From the NCBI RefSeq assembly GCF_964213995.1, contig NC_135807.1:96844001-96908000 (forward strand): DNA of 64,000 nt. Direction: 5' to 3'. The stretch's first letter is position 1, and the number at the start of each line of letters is the position of its first letter. Under the pieces are notes generated by a model. That model ran no database searches and was not told the DNA's origin. It saw nothing but the letters and a program-made list of their open reading frames with translations. Source of the DNA: Mustelus asterias. Taxonomy: Eukaryota. The position numbers and the translations under genes are program-made. This document shows positions 1 to 12,332 of this stretch, piece by piece.

Positions 1-680
1 TAGAAGTAGGAGCACCCAGAGAAGAATCCTCACAGCCATGTGTCCTTTCCCCACCTCCCTTTTCAAGACACTCATGCTAGAAATGAACTCCTCCATTCTC
101 TCAGACAGTGTACTGCCCTGGAAATGCTGACAATTTCCCCTGGCTACTCCACAAGTTCCCTATTAATGCTTGATCCGTGAGTTTAGTATCTATGCCCAAC
201 TGAGCAGAGCTTGGAGTGTATTGTGTCCTCCAAAAGGGACTCTCCATTGCTTGTCCCTGTCTCCAGCACCTATTCCTACTTACATGTGATTTGCTCTTTA
301 CCATGTGACATTCTACCTATCACTAATGCACACCTACTTGAGGTGTGTGTGTGTATCTGTGTTGATATCCCCACCTAGGTTGTGAGTGTGCATCTTCCAT
401 TCATTCTCCTGCTCTCAGAAAGCTTTACAATCAAGCTTTCAAGCAGCCAGTCAGACCCCTCCCAGGGCCTTTTAAACAGAGAGCCTTCATTCTGAGTGTA
501 GGTAGGTTATCATCACTCCTGCATTTTGGTCGGCCAGAAAACCTGGAGGCAACATATTAGTGCCGAGTCTGATTTAAACAGCAACAAAGCCTACTACTTC
601 AGTAACGGGTTGCTGACTTGCTACCCACCTCCCTGTGCATGTGGATCTGTTCTATTAACATGCTGTTGATTATCTCCATG

Positions 681-1834
681 CAAAGACTGCTACAGAAGAT
701 AAAGGTGGAAAGTATTACGGGTAACATATTAGCATGGATACAGGGTTGGTTAACGAACAGAAAGCAAAGAGCGGGGGTAAATGGATGTTTTGCTGATTGG
801 CAATCAGTGACTAGTGGTGTGCCTCAGGGATCAGTATTGGAACCGCAATTGTTTACGATTTACATAGATGATTTGGAGTTGGGGACCAAGTGTAGTGTGT
901 CAAAATTCACAGATGACATTAAGATGGGTGGAAGAGCAAAGTGTGCAGAGGACGCTGAAAGTCTGCAAAGGGATATAGATAGTCTAAGTGAGTGGGCGAG
1001 GGTCTGGCAGATGGAGTACAATGTTGGGAAATGTGAGGTCATCCATTTTGGTAGGAATAACAGCAAAATGGACTATTATTTAAATGGTAAAAAATTGCAG
1101 CATGCTGCTGTGCAGAGGGACCTGGGTGTCCTTGTGCAAGAATCACAAGGAGGTGGTTTGCAGGTGCAGCAGGTAATTAAGAAGGCAAATAGAATTTTGT
1201 CCTTCACTGCTAGAGGGATGGAGTTTAAAAACAGCGAGGTTATGTTGCAGCTGTATAAGGTGCTGGTGAGGCCACACCTGGAGTACTGTGTACAGTTTTG
1301 GTCTCCTTACTTGAGAAAGGATATACTGGCACTAGAGGAGGTGCAGAGGAGATTCACTAGGTTGATTCCGGAGTTGAGAGGGTTGGCTTATGAGGAGAGA
1401 CTGAGTAGACTGGGGCTACACTCACTGGAATTCAGAAGAATGAGGGGAGATCTTATAGAAACATATAAGATTATGAAGGGAATAGATAAGATAGAAGCAG
1501 GGAAGTTGTTTCCACTGGCAGGTGAAACTAAAACTAGGGGGCATAGCCTCAATATAAGGGGAAACAGATTTAGGACTGAGTTGTGGAGGAACTTCTTCAC
1601 ACAAAGGGTTGTGAATCTGTGGAATTCCCTGCCCAGTGAAGCAGTTGAGGCTACCTCATTGAATGTTTTTAAGGCAAGGATAGATAAATTTTTGAACAGT
1701 AAAGGAATTAAGGGTTATGGTGAGCGGGCGGGTAAGTGGAGCTGAGTCCACGAAAAGATCAGCCATGATCTAATTGAATGGTGGAGCAGGCTCGAGGGGC
1801 CAGATGGCCTACTCCTGCTCCTAGTTCTTATGTT
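681..1834 (+). mobile_element. CR1 LINE, 5'-truncated, young (open RT C-terminal frame)
   Basis: SGVPQGSVL, YIDD, FTDD, RPHLEYCVQFW, RGDLIETYKI, FFTQRVVNLWNSLP; typical 3' UTR ending TTCTTATGTT. Confidence 0.95.
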
Positions 1835-2051
1835 ACGTTACTCCTTGTCCGAGTTTGAACCATATTTTTTGTATCAATGTGGAGGAAATTCTGCATAAAA
1901 GGATTTTCATAATCCAACTACAGCTTGAACTTTTTTTCTAGGAGATTCCATTAAGTACTATAAACAGCGATCAAGAGAAACTGCTATTATTACTAGTAAG
2001 AAGTCTCACAACACCAGGTTAAAGTCCAACAGGTTTATTTGGTAGCAAATA

Positions 2052-2088
2052 CCATTAGCTTTCGGAGCACTGCTCCTTCATCAGATGG
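2052..2088 (-). ncRNA. Minimal type I hammerhead ribozyme motif (PLE family A), sense to SDHA pre-mRNA
   Basis: Minus strand CCAT CTGATGA A GGAGC agt GCTCC GAAA GC TA ATGG. Confidence 0.7.
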
Positions 2089-2493
2089 AGTGGAAATGTG
2101 CTCTCAAACAGTGCACAGAGACACAACATCAAGTTGCAGAATACTGATTAGCGGAACTTGGCTATCAGTTTCTGCTCAGCGACTCTGCGCTGTCGTGTGT
2201 CGTGAAGGCCGTGTCGTGATAGCCAAGTTCCGCACACATGAGGACGGCCTAAACCGGGATGTTGGATTTATGTCACATTATCAGTAACCCCCACAGCTTG
2301 CCTCCTGGGCTTGCAGAATCTCACTAGCTGTTCTGTCTGGAGACAATACACATTTCTTTAACCTGTGTTTAATGTTCCCTCCACCCACATTGTCTGTACC
2401 TTTAAGACCTGGCTGGCTGTAGGATTCGCATTCTAATCAGTATTCTGCAACTTGATTTTGTCTGTTTGCACTGTTTGAGAGCAGATTTCCACT

Positions 2494-2530
2494 CCATCTG
2501 ACGAAGGAGCAGTGCTCCGAAAGCTTATGG
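2494..2530 (+). ncRNA. Minimal type I hammerhead ribozyme motif (PLE family A)
   Basis: CCAT CTGACGA A GGAGC agt GCTCC GAAA GC TT ATGG: intact core, stems I and II. Confidence 0.7.
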
Positions 2531-3615
2531 TATTTGCTACCAAATAAACCTGTTGGACTTTAACCTGGTGTTGTGAGACTTCTTACCGTGTTCACCCCAG
2601 TCCAACGCCGGCATCTCCACATCATTATTACTAGTAACAGGTTTAAATTCCAAAGCAATCTAAATGAGGTAACTATCTGTAAAATCTAAATTATGCAGCC
2701 TAATATTTGTCCTGTTCTTACACACCCCAGTTGGCGCACACAAGAAAGCAAATGTTGGTAACTATGTGGAAGGGCAATACTGCTGATAGTTAATGACTGC
2801 GCTGGTTATCTTACTGCACAGTAAACTGCTTTCACTTTTTTCCCCGACTGTAGCTCCCAGTCAAGCCTAAGTCCCTTTCTACTTATGTGCCATCAATCAT
2901 ATCCTGAACAGATCCACAAGGAAAAGGCAGGAATGAAAGGTGCAAAGGAGATCAATAGTTAGAAATTAAAGTTTAAAAGTTTATTTATTAGTGCCACAAG
3001 TGGGCTTACATTAACACTGCAATGAAGTTACTTTGAAAATCCCCTCGTCGCCAGAGTCTGGCACCTGCAGGGGTACACGGAGGAAGAACCCAGCACGCCC
3101 AATGCATCTAATCCAACTTGCCAACCCACTCATCAGAACAGTCCCAGCAAAGCTGTTTTTCTTCACATTTCAACCTACACAAGCTTCCCACACAATGTTT
3201 CCTGATTTGTATTGCAGGTTATGATGCAAAAGAATTACTTGCACCACATTTTCTCCAAGACTCCTTTTTAACCCTCAGAGTCATAGCATTTTGTGATAAT
3301 AGTTTTGCACGCATTATTTAGTGTTGGCTATTGTACACAGGTTTAAATGTAGATTTTAAATTCTTTTTCTAAAAAGCATCAGTAAGATTGGCTGATAACA
3401 TGAACCACATGAGGCTCAATTACCTCCCTGTTGTTTGGTCAGGAAAAATGCTGGACCTCTGAGCATAGATTTCCACTCACAGAGTTGCTGGTTAAATGTT
3501 GGTCCTTAAAAATATACATTTCAAAAGATTTGTGAAACGAGTGAGGTGTCAGATGAACAGCCATGAGTTGCTCTGGCACTGCTTGTTTGGATTTGAAATA
3601 AAAGACAAGACTTAC

Positions 3616-3787
3616 CAGGCTTGCAAGTTTCTGCTATGGTTAGAGCACAGGCACGACCAAACACCACCAAGTCAAGGAGAGAATTTGCTCCAAGTCGATT
3701 AGCTCCATGAACTGAAGCACTGGCAGATTCACCACAGGCATAGAGGCCAGGTACCACAACATCCTTACCGTTTGTCTGGTTTATCAC
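3616..3787 (-). CDS. SDHA: SDHA exon 10 (later exons not seen; gene presumably continues left of the window)
   Basis: 172 nt, [20 protein letters not shown]...[21 protein letters not shown]; CAG / GTAAGT; phases of exons 1-10 join in frame (1423 nt). Confidence 0.98.
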
Positions 3788-3967
3788 CTGCAAGAGGCAA
3801 AATTCATGTTTAAACATTGTGTGCTACATTTTCATACTCTGACTCATAATACTGGTGACTAGCGAGCCCACCAGCAGCAAATGAGGGAGACAAACAGTCT
3901 CTGATTGAACAGGTAGTGAATACCGCTGGCTGTGAATGTGCTGATGGTTGTCTGATCCAGAGAAGCA

Positions 3968-4560
3968 AAGGTGCAGCAGGGCCGGTGACTGGGGGAGCGA
4001 AGGTGCAGCAGGACCAGTGACTGGGGGAGCGAAGGTGCAGCAGGACCAGTGACTGGGGGAGCGAAGGTGCAGCAGGACCAGTGACTGGGGGAGCGAAGGT
4101 GCAGCAGGGCCGGAGACTGGGGGAGCGAAGGTGCAGCAGGACCAGTGACTGGGGGAGCGAAGGTGCAGCAGGACCAGTGACTGGGGGAGCGAAGGTGCAG
4201 CAGGACCAGTGACTGGGGGAGCGAAGGTGCAGCAGGGCCGGTGACTGGGGGAGCGAAGGTGCAGCAGGGCCGGTGACTGGGGGAGCGAAGGTGCAGCAGG
4301 ACCAGTGACTGGGGGAGCGAAGGTGCAGCAGGACCAGTGACTGGGGGAGCGAAGGTGCAGCAGGGCCGGTGACTGGGGGAGCGAAGGTGCAGCAGGGCCG
4401 GTGACTGGGGGAGCGAAGGTGCAGCAGGGCCGGTGACTGGGGGAGCGAAGGTGCAGCAGGACCAGTGACTGGGGGAGCGAAGGTGCAGCAGGGCCGGAGA
4501 CTGGGGGAGCGAAGGTGCAGCAGGGCCGGTGACTGGGGGAGCGAAGGTGCAGCAGGGCCA
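3968..4560. repeat. 32-bp minisatellite, about 18 copies, SDHA intron 9
   Basis: Unit GAAGGTGCAGCAGG(A/G)CC(A/G)G(T/A)GACTGGGGGAGC. Confidence 0.97.
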
Positions 4561-4809
4561 GAGACTGTGCAGTGAAAGTCAGCAGGGCTGGCGGCTGGGG
4601 AAAAAAAAGATAAGGTGGGGCTTAGGTCCACGGAAGGGAAGATGTGGCAGAACTGGGGAAAGGGGGAGTGAGAGTGTGGCAGGACTGGAGCCCAAAGAGG
4701 CAAATGTGTGGCAGGGCCCGAGCCCGGGGATGTGTAGGTGTGGTGGGCCTGGGGAAGGGGCATGACTCGTGAGAGGCAGACCCCAAGGTGGGACCTGGAT
4801 GATGGAGGT

Positions 4810-4911
4810 GCAGAGGTGGGTGTGTGAGAGAGATGGAAAGTGTGAATGTGAGGGAATGTTTGTGAGTGTGAGAAAGAGAGTCAGGGTGTGTGTTGGGGGA
4901 GGGAGAGATGT

Positions 4912-4942
<31 letters not shown>

Positions 4943-5005
4943 GTGTGATGGAGTCTGCTGGGGAAGAGGGTGTGCATGTGCTGGAGAGAGAGTGTGTGCG
5001 TGTGT
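4810..5005. repeat. (GT)/(GA)-rich low-complexity tract with (GA)n microsatellite
   Basis: TGTGTGTGT followed by GAGAGAGA run near 4913-4943. Confidence 0.85.
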
Positions 5006-5311
5006 TCATGTCCATGTCAGTCAGCCTTACCCCCACACATCCTCACCCACACGTACAGTGAGCAAGTTAACAACAAGACTGGGAGTGACACACAGACATT
5101 CAACTTTTTTTGGAAATTCTTGTGCATTTCTGAAATTAGGTCATCGAGGAAAAAAATGGAAATGTGGCCCCCTTGCAAAGGGTTGCACAAGCCTGGTCTC
5201 GATTGAGTGCTCGGGTTTCGAGAGGGAGGCTTGAACCCACAATCTTCTGATTCAGAGGCAAAAGTGTCCCCACTAATCCAAGGCTGACGCCTATAGAATT
5301 TGCAGAAATTA

Positions 5312-5569
<258 letters not shown>

Positions 5570-5678
5570 CTAGAGAAAGTACAATCCCTATACATATGCC
5601 ATCCATGCTTCTAACAATCAAATGTCCATGTAGCAGAATTAACAACCATCATCTATCGTCTGACATTCAGACAGACAT

Positions 5679-6855
5679 TGCAGCGGGATCTTGATCAACT
5701 GTGCCAGTGGGCTGACGAATGGCAGATGGGAGTTTAATTTAGACAAATGCGAGGTGATGCATTTTGGTAGATCGAACGAGGGCAGGACTTACTCAGTTAA
5801 CGGTAAGGCGTTGGGGGGAGTTATAGAACAAAGAGATCTAGGGGTACGGGTTCATAGCTCCTTGGCGGCACGGTAGCACAGTGGTTAGCACTGCTGCTTC
5901 ACAGCTCCAGGGTGCCGGGTTCGATTCCCGGCTCGGGTCACTGTCTGTGTGGAGTTTGCACATTCTCCTCGTGTCTGCGTGGGTTTCCTCCGGGTGCTCC
6001 GGTTTCCTCCCACAGTCCAAAGATGTGCAGGTTAGGTTGATTGGCCATGCTAAAATTGCCCCTTAGTGTCCTGGGATGCGTAGGTTAGAGGGATTAGTGG
6101 GTAAATATGTGGGGGTAGGGCCTGGGTGGGATTGTGGTCGGTGCAGACTCAATGGGCCGAATGGCCTCCTTCTGCACTGTAGGGTTTCTATGTTTCTATG
6201 AAAGTGGAGTCACAGGTGGACAGAGTGGTGAAGGCGGCATTCAGCATGTTTGGTTTCATTGATCAGAACAGTGAATACAGGAATTGGGATGTCTTGTTGA
6301 AATTGTTCAAGACATTGGTAAGGCCACACTTGGAATATTGTGCACAGTTCTGGGTCATCCTATTATAGAAACGATATTATTAAACTAGAAAGAGTGCAGA
6401 AAAGATTTACTAGGATGCTACCGGGACTTCATGGTTGGAGTTACAAGGAGAGGCTGGAGTAGATTGGGACTTTTTTCTCTGGAGCGTAGAAGGCTGAGGG
6501 GTGATCTTATAGAGGTCTATAAAATAATGAGGGGCACAGATCAGCTAGATAGTCAATATCTTTTCCCAAAGGTAGGGGAGTCTAAAACTAGAGGGCAGAA
6601 GTTGAAGGTGAGAGAGGAGAGATACAAAAGGGTCCAGAGGGGCAATTTTTTCACAGAGGGTCTGGAACAAGCTGCCAGACGTAGTAGTAGAGGCAGGTAC
6701 AATTTTGTCTTTTAAAAAACGTTAGTTACACGGGTAAGATGGCTATAGAGGGATATGGGCCAAATGTGGGTAATTGGGACTAGCTTAATGGTTAAAAAGA
6801 GGGGCGGCATGGACATGTTGGGTCGAAGGGCCTGTTTCCATGCTGTAAAGCTCTG
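5679..6855 (+). mobile_element. CR1 LINE 3' part interrupted by a SINE
   Basis: EFNLDKCEVMHFGR ... LRGDLIEVYKIM; same subfamily as 29769-32426. Confidence 0.9.
5864..6200 (+). mobile_element. Full-length tRNA-derived V-SINE (HE1-like)
   Basis: A box GGTAGCACAGTGG, B box GGTTCGATTCC, V domain TGTGTGGAGTTTGCAC...GGTTTCCTCCCACA, CR1-like tail TTTCTATG; splits CR1 at CTTG|AAAG. Confidence 0.9.
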
Positions 6856-7130
6856 ACATTAATTCTCTGCGCACTGGCGCTGCACGAAAGCAGTGGATAC
6901 TACTGCATGGAGATGCTCACGTGTGCGCGCATGTACTCCGCGACTTCTAAAACAACGTGGGTACATCTGTTTTTTTTCTCTTTTGTTGTGGCTATGGGCG
7001 GTAATAATTTCAGAATGGCTTATGTGTCTGCCTGCCAGTGGGCAACTTTCTGAATGTTTTGGGTCGTAACAGGCATATAAAAGTGTTTATTAAATATCTT
7101 TTAGTTTGTTAAACATTCACCCGAGATATT

Positions 7131-7251
7131 GATGATGAAGGAGCAGCGTTCCAAAAGCTCGTGATTCCAAATAAACCTGTTGGACTTTAACCTGGTGTTG
7201 TGAGACTTCTTACTGTGCCCACCCCAGTCCAACACCGGCATCTCCATATCA
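7131..7251 (+). mobile_element. PLE family A pseudo-LTR, single arm, degenerate hammerhead
   Basis: ATGATGAAGGAGCAGCGTTCCAAAAGCTC...AAATAAACCTGTTGGACTTTAACC...CCCCAGTCCAACACCGGCATCTCC. Confidence 0.8.
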
Positions 7252-8235
7252 TCTCTTTTTTAGGGCAAAGTAGAAGAGCTGGAAACCAGACTGATTACAG
7301 ACATTGTCTTTAGTTAGTCCTCAGCTATGCGAAATAAATACGGCAGAGGGTGAAAGATATGAGTTTCAAGTTGTTACAGATATGTTTCAGCTCTAGCCGC
7401 AGTTGTTTGAGAAAGCAGTTTTGGAAAATACCCAAGGACAGGTTCTCTTCATTGCGCCTGGGGAATGATCAATCCCCAGGTTGATGAGCTCTCGTCCCCA
7501 CTACCCTCCCCTGGTAATTATTTAAGTCTTCCTTATTAAATATGTCTGGACCTAAACTACTATACATTGGCATTAGGCAGAAGGGGGGTCTGTGTCCTCA
7601 GATTCCTGCCATTATTTTCTTCACTGCCTTATTTTGCTTTATAATGCCCGTGAAGTCCTTGGGATGTTTCATTACAATAAATGCGCTATATAAATGCAAG
7701 CTGATGTTGTTGCCTGTTAAATACCCAAGCAGAAGGCTGCCTAGAGAAATCTGGCACTGGGGCTTGTGCAGGGAGGGTACCCGGTGTAAATAAATGATCC
7801 AAGACAGAATAACCTTAGACGCTCTATGTACATCAAGTAAATTGTGCCTGATATATCCTACAATTGATAATTGGCAGAAGTCGTAGATCTTTTGTGATTT
7901 ACTCAATTTCGTGATGCCTCTATTATCTGAATTAAGGTGACGTTTGTGCTCCAATACATTACAGGACATTCAGGCTGCAAATAATTGGAAACAGATTTCT
8001 CAAAAATAACTTCACACACAAACTTGATACAATGATAATGGAGCTGTTGATTAAAGAATCTCAACTAATTAGATTACAACAGACCCAGACAGGAGGCGAG
8101 GAAAACTGCAGGGGCAGGGCGCTTTGGGAATCATAGGTCCAAACCCATTCATTCCTTTCAAACATGCTATACTCCATGTATGGTATATCTCAAAATAATC
8201 ATGTACATATCCTCAATATTATTTTTCTGAAAGAA

Positions 8236-9586
8236 CATTAATTGGGATAGTCATAGTATAAAAGGGTTCAGAGGGAGCGTGGATTTCTTGAAATGTATTC
8301 AGGGGAACTTTTTATGTCAATATATTAAAGGCCAACAAAGGTTGGATATAATTATGGGGAACAAAGCCAGACAGATGTTTGAGGTGGCAGTGAGGGAGCA
8401 TTTTAGTGACAGCAATCACAACACAGTACAATTTAACATGGAAACAGAAATTACTGGAAAATCTCAGCAGGTCTGACAGCATCTGTGGAAAGAGAGTAGA
8501 GCCAACGTTTCAAGTCTGGGTGACCCTTCGTCAGAGCTGTACACTTTAAGTTTGTTATGAAAAAGCCAAAAGATGGTCTGCAAAAAACGATTTTGGATTG
8601 GGGAAGGGAGATTCTATTAAAATAAGGCAGCATCTGGCCAAAGTAAACCGGGAGCAGTGGGAGTGTTTGAAAAGGAAATGGGGAGAGTACAGGCTCAGCA
8701 TGTTCCCTTTGGGGTGAAACGTAGGAATAACAAGTCCAGAGAACCGGGATGTCTAGGAATATTCAGGACTGAATAAGAAAAGAGAGGCTTTTAGCAGGTA
8801 CAAAGGGAGCAAATAGTAGAGACTTTAGTGGAGAATAGAAAGTGCAGGAGGGAACCTGCGGAAGCAATTAGGAGAGCAAAGGGGGACATGAAAAATCACT
8901 GCTCGGTAGAATTAAAGAGAATCTCAAGATATTCTATAAATATGTTAAGGGGAAGAGGATAACCAGGGAAAGAGTAGGGCCCATTAGGGACCAAAGGAAA
9001 AATTTGTACAGGAGCCGGAGGATATTGGTAGGGTTAAAATAGTATCCTGTCTTCGCTCGAGGGGAAGAGAGGTCAGGGACAGAATTCAGGGAGAGGGACT
9101 GTGAGGTCCTTGAACAGTTTGACAAAGATTGAGGAGGTATTGGAGGTTTTGGCAGGCTAAAAGTAGATAAATCCCCAGGTCCAGATGAGTTGCATCACAG
9201 GCTGCTGTGGAAGGCAAGGGAGGAATTTACAGGAGCTCTAACCCAAATTTTTAATTCCTCTCTGGTCACAGGGGAGGTGCCAAAGGACTGGAGGACAGCT
9301 AATCCGGTTCCACTTTTCAAGCAGGGTGGTAGAGATAAACCAAGGAATTGCAGACCAGTGAGTCCCACATCTGTGCTACGGAAACTATTGGAAAACATTC
9401 TGAAGGAGAAAATTAATCACCACTTTGAGAGGCAAGGTTTGATCAGGGATAGTGAGCATGGCTTTGTCAGATGGAAGCCATGCTTAACGAATTTGATTGA
9501 ATTTTTCAAGGTGGTGATCAGGTGTCTAGATGAGGGTAGTGCAGCTGATGTTTTGATTTTAGCAAAGCACAAGGTCCCACATGGGT
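8236..9586 (+). mobile_element. Degraded CR1 ORF2 (endonuclease end to RT start)
   Basis: EHFSDSNHN, GEVPKDWRTANPVPLFK, NCRPVSPTS, HGFVRWKPCLTNLIEFF. Confidence 0.9.
8442..8538 (-). mobile_element. PLE family B pseudo-LTR with hammerhead core, inserted in CR1
   Basis: Minus strand AGCT CTGACGA A GGGTC accca GACTT GAAA CG TT GGCT; flanks GTACAATTTAA / GTACACTTTAA. Confidence 0.75.
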
Positions 9587-9660
9587 AGGGCAGAGGGAGG
9601 GCGGGACAGACGGAAGGTGGGGCGAGGGACAAAGGCACACAAACCCATAGGTAAATCTTA

Positions 9661-9855
<195 letters not shown>

Positions 9856-9953
9856 TCAGGCATTTCCTGATCTAAAAGCAGGATTCAGGGTACAAGTCAA
9901 ACAAACAATCCAATGTGATTGATCATTCTACAATTATCCAACACAGATGTAAC

Positions 9954-10054
9954 AGCTCTGAAGAAGAGTCATATGGATTCAAAACAGTCACTTTATATTT
10001 CTCTTCACAGATGCTGTCAGACCTGCTGGGCTTTTCCAGCATTTCTGTTTTTGT
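9954..10054 (+). mobile_element. PLE family B pseudo-LTR, degenerate hammerhead
   Basis: AGCTCTGAAGAAGAGTCATATGGATTCAAAAC...CACAGATGCTGTCAGACCTGCTG. Confidence 0.7.
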
Positions 10055-10142
10055 TACAGACAAGAGCAGTTGTCACAAATTATTTTAAAGCATTGTAAAC
10101 TCACCTTGTACTATAAACTCAATGCTTTAAGTTTTTTAAAGA

Positions 10143-10440
10143 GTCAGCCTCGACTCAGTGGCAGTACCCCACATCTGAGTTAGAGGATTGTGTATTCAAG
10201 CCCCACTCCAAAGACATGGAGCTGACACGCCAGTGCACTACTGCATATGAACCTAACCCTAGTGCATTCTTGGGTACGAAGCCATCTGCCCTCGCTGGTG
10301 GACGCAATGAAATCCCACAGCATGGTTCAAAGAAAAGGAGGCCAGTGTCTTGGCTAATATTTGTCCATCAATCGAAATCTAAAACAGATAATCTTATCAA
10401 TAATTTCATTTGCTTAGGGTAGCATGACGTGTATAACATG
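10143..10440 (+). mobile_element. Old tRNA-head SINE (DeuSINE/SacSINE1-like); related pieces at 5215-5290, 19330-19650, 41002-42680, 55125-55480
   Basis: GTCAGCCTCGACTCAGTGG...CTGAGTTAGAGGATTGTGTATTCAAGCCCCACTCCA head; GCTAATATTTGTCCATCAATC body. Confidence 0.6.
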
Positions 10441-11341
10441 CTCCTGAAAACCTACTGGTGAGAAATTGGGATTTTCTGTGCTGATTTCTGGGCATTGTGA
10501 ATGCTCCCAGAGCTCCACACCACATGGGCACATCTCGTAGGACTATTCAGGCTACAACATCATTTCGGTGAAGCCATTAGAGCAAGCGAGCTTTGAATGC
10601 CTACTAGACGTATGCAGAGCAAGGACATCATAACATCAATCAGCACTCTAGTACTGTCAATGTGGAGCTCAACCAATATCCACTACACAGCTGAACATGC
10701 ATTCAACAGCAGCAACACCAAAGGGATCATCAACTACTTACAGCAATGCTTTCCAAACTTTTTCCGATTGTGACTCCATTTTAAAGACTTTGATGGGGCC
10801 TCGGACCCAAGAATGTATTAGATTTTTGGGGTCAGACAGAGAGAGAGGAGATGTCCCCTTTTCCTCTTGCTCTGCCACTTTTCGTTCAGCTCGCATCCAA
10901 CCCTTGTTACAGGCTTGCTGTCTCCTTGTCCCCCTGGAGGTTTTCTCTTTTTTATATTCATGTCAAGAATGCATTAGGGTTAGGGCCATGTGTAGAACTT
11001 CAATGCCGATTCCCAGGACTGTCCCAATAGCATCTTCATTTGACATTCGTCATTGCTTCCTCAGATTCACAAGCCCAAATCATCTGTGACCCCAATGTAC
11101 CCCTGACTTATAGGTTAGTTGCTGGTTTATTTCCAAGTGGCAAAACCATTGCTCTCACACAGAAAAACTTTGTTTGAGCACCCATTCTGTAAATGAAGTC
11201 CCCTGGCATCATTGAGCTTGCAAAGCCATTCTAGTCATATCCTTTTTAGTTGCTGCCACAAAATCACTTAAGGCCTTCATTAAAAAAAAAGAAATAAAAT
11301 CAAACGAAAACACTGGGTATGTGTGGAAGTAATCCATGTAC

Positions 11342-11466
11342 CTGTGGGGTGAAACTGGACAAACTCCAAGTCCTGATTGGGTAATCCAGCTCGAGAAACC
11401 ATGGCACTCCCATCTCCAGTACTTGTATGTGCTGAAGTGCAACTGAAGTAAGTTCTTCCATATCCA
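11342..11466 (-). CDS. SDHA: SDHA exon 7
   Basis: 125 nt, [19 protein letters not shown]...[10 protein letters not shown]; CAG / GTACAT. Confidence 0.97.
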
Positions 11467-12332
11467 CTGCCAAACACAACAAATATTTACCCAACAGCTT
11501 AACTTCACATAAAAGCTATTTGCCTATATTTCTTATCCACAATCTTATATGACATCTTGTGATCAAATTGTACTTTTTAAAGGACAATTTATCGCTCCAT
11601 TAAATTTCAGTTTTAATTCAGTTCTTGGTGGACAGGGGAATGATTTCTGATGTTGTTTATAAGGATGTCCAATAGATATTTGATAAAGTCCCTTAAAAGA
11701 GACTTAATTTAAGGGATTATGGAAAAACATGAAATTATGTTCCAGATCAGCCATGATCTCACTGACTGGCAGCAGATTTGAAATGCTTCAACCAATAACT
11801 GGGTGAACACATACAAACTGCAGGATGAGCAACACCCCCATTGTATTTTCCACATTTGTTCAGGGCAAATACCAGGGTCTAGTGTTGCAGGTTGACAGAG
11901 CGGACCTATGGACCTGGAGAGGGACAGACTTGTGCAAGTGCTCTTTGAACTCAGGGGTGCACATTATAAATTCCATCCCTCTCCAAAAAATAAGGCTGTT
12001 CCCACTAAAGCACTTCACAAAATTTAAAACAGATGGCAGTACATTACCACTAAATAAGGGCTGGTTAAGCATACATTTTACCACATACCAAGCTAGATAA
12101 CATAGACGTTGGAGGTGACGACAGCCCAGGCTCGACCAAATCCCGGCTGAGGCAGGGATCGGATCAAACACAATTAACACAAGACACGGTCAATGAGGTT
12201 TCCTGGACATTTCTGAATCACCTAGAGGAGTTGGAGAGGTTTTCCACATTCCTTGTTTTACACTTCTCCTAGGAGATTATGTCACCTTGCTTTGATGCAT
12301 TAGGCATCAAAACTCTATAGAACAGGCGACAT

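Larger units (their letters stand above)
1995..2623 (+). mobile_element. Penelope-like element fragment (family A) with inverted pseudo-LTRs and GIY-YIG C-terminus
   Basis: About 155-bp inverted repeats; internal IAKFRTHEDGLNRDVGFMSHYQ*; flanking direct repeat ATTATTACTAGTAA. Confidence 0.85.

Noticed and set aside
618-1745. 375-aa RT ORF as a functional or domesticated gene
   Set aside because: 5'-truncated CR1 lacking the endonuclease and early RT motifs; the start lies in flanking DNA
1-3600. SDHA exon 11
   Set aside because: No matching peptide with splice sites found by eye; probably outside the window
3810-4763. 317-aa repetitive ORF; 32-bp repeats superficially CRISPR-like
   Set aside because: Head-to-tail minisatellite with no unique spacers, in a vertebrate intron, with no cas genes
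5864-5940. tRNA gene
   Set aside because: A and B boxes belong to a SINE head followed by the V domain and a LINE-derived tail
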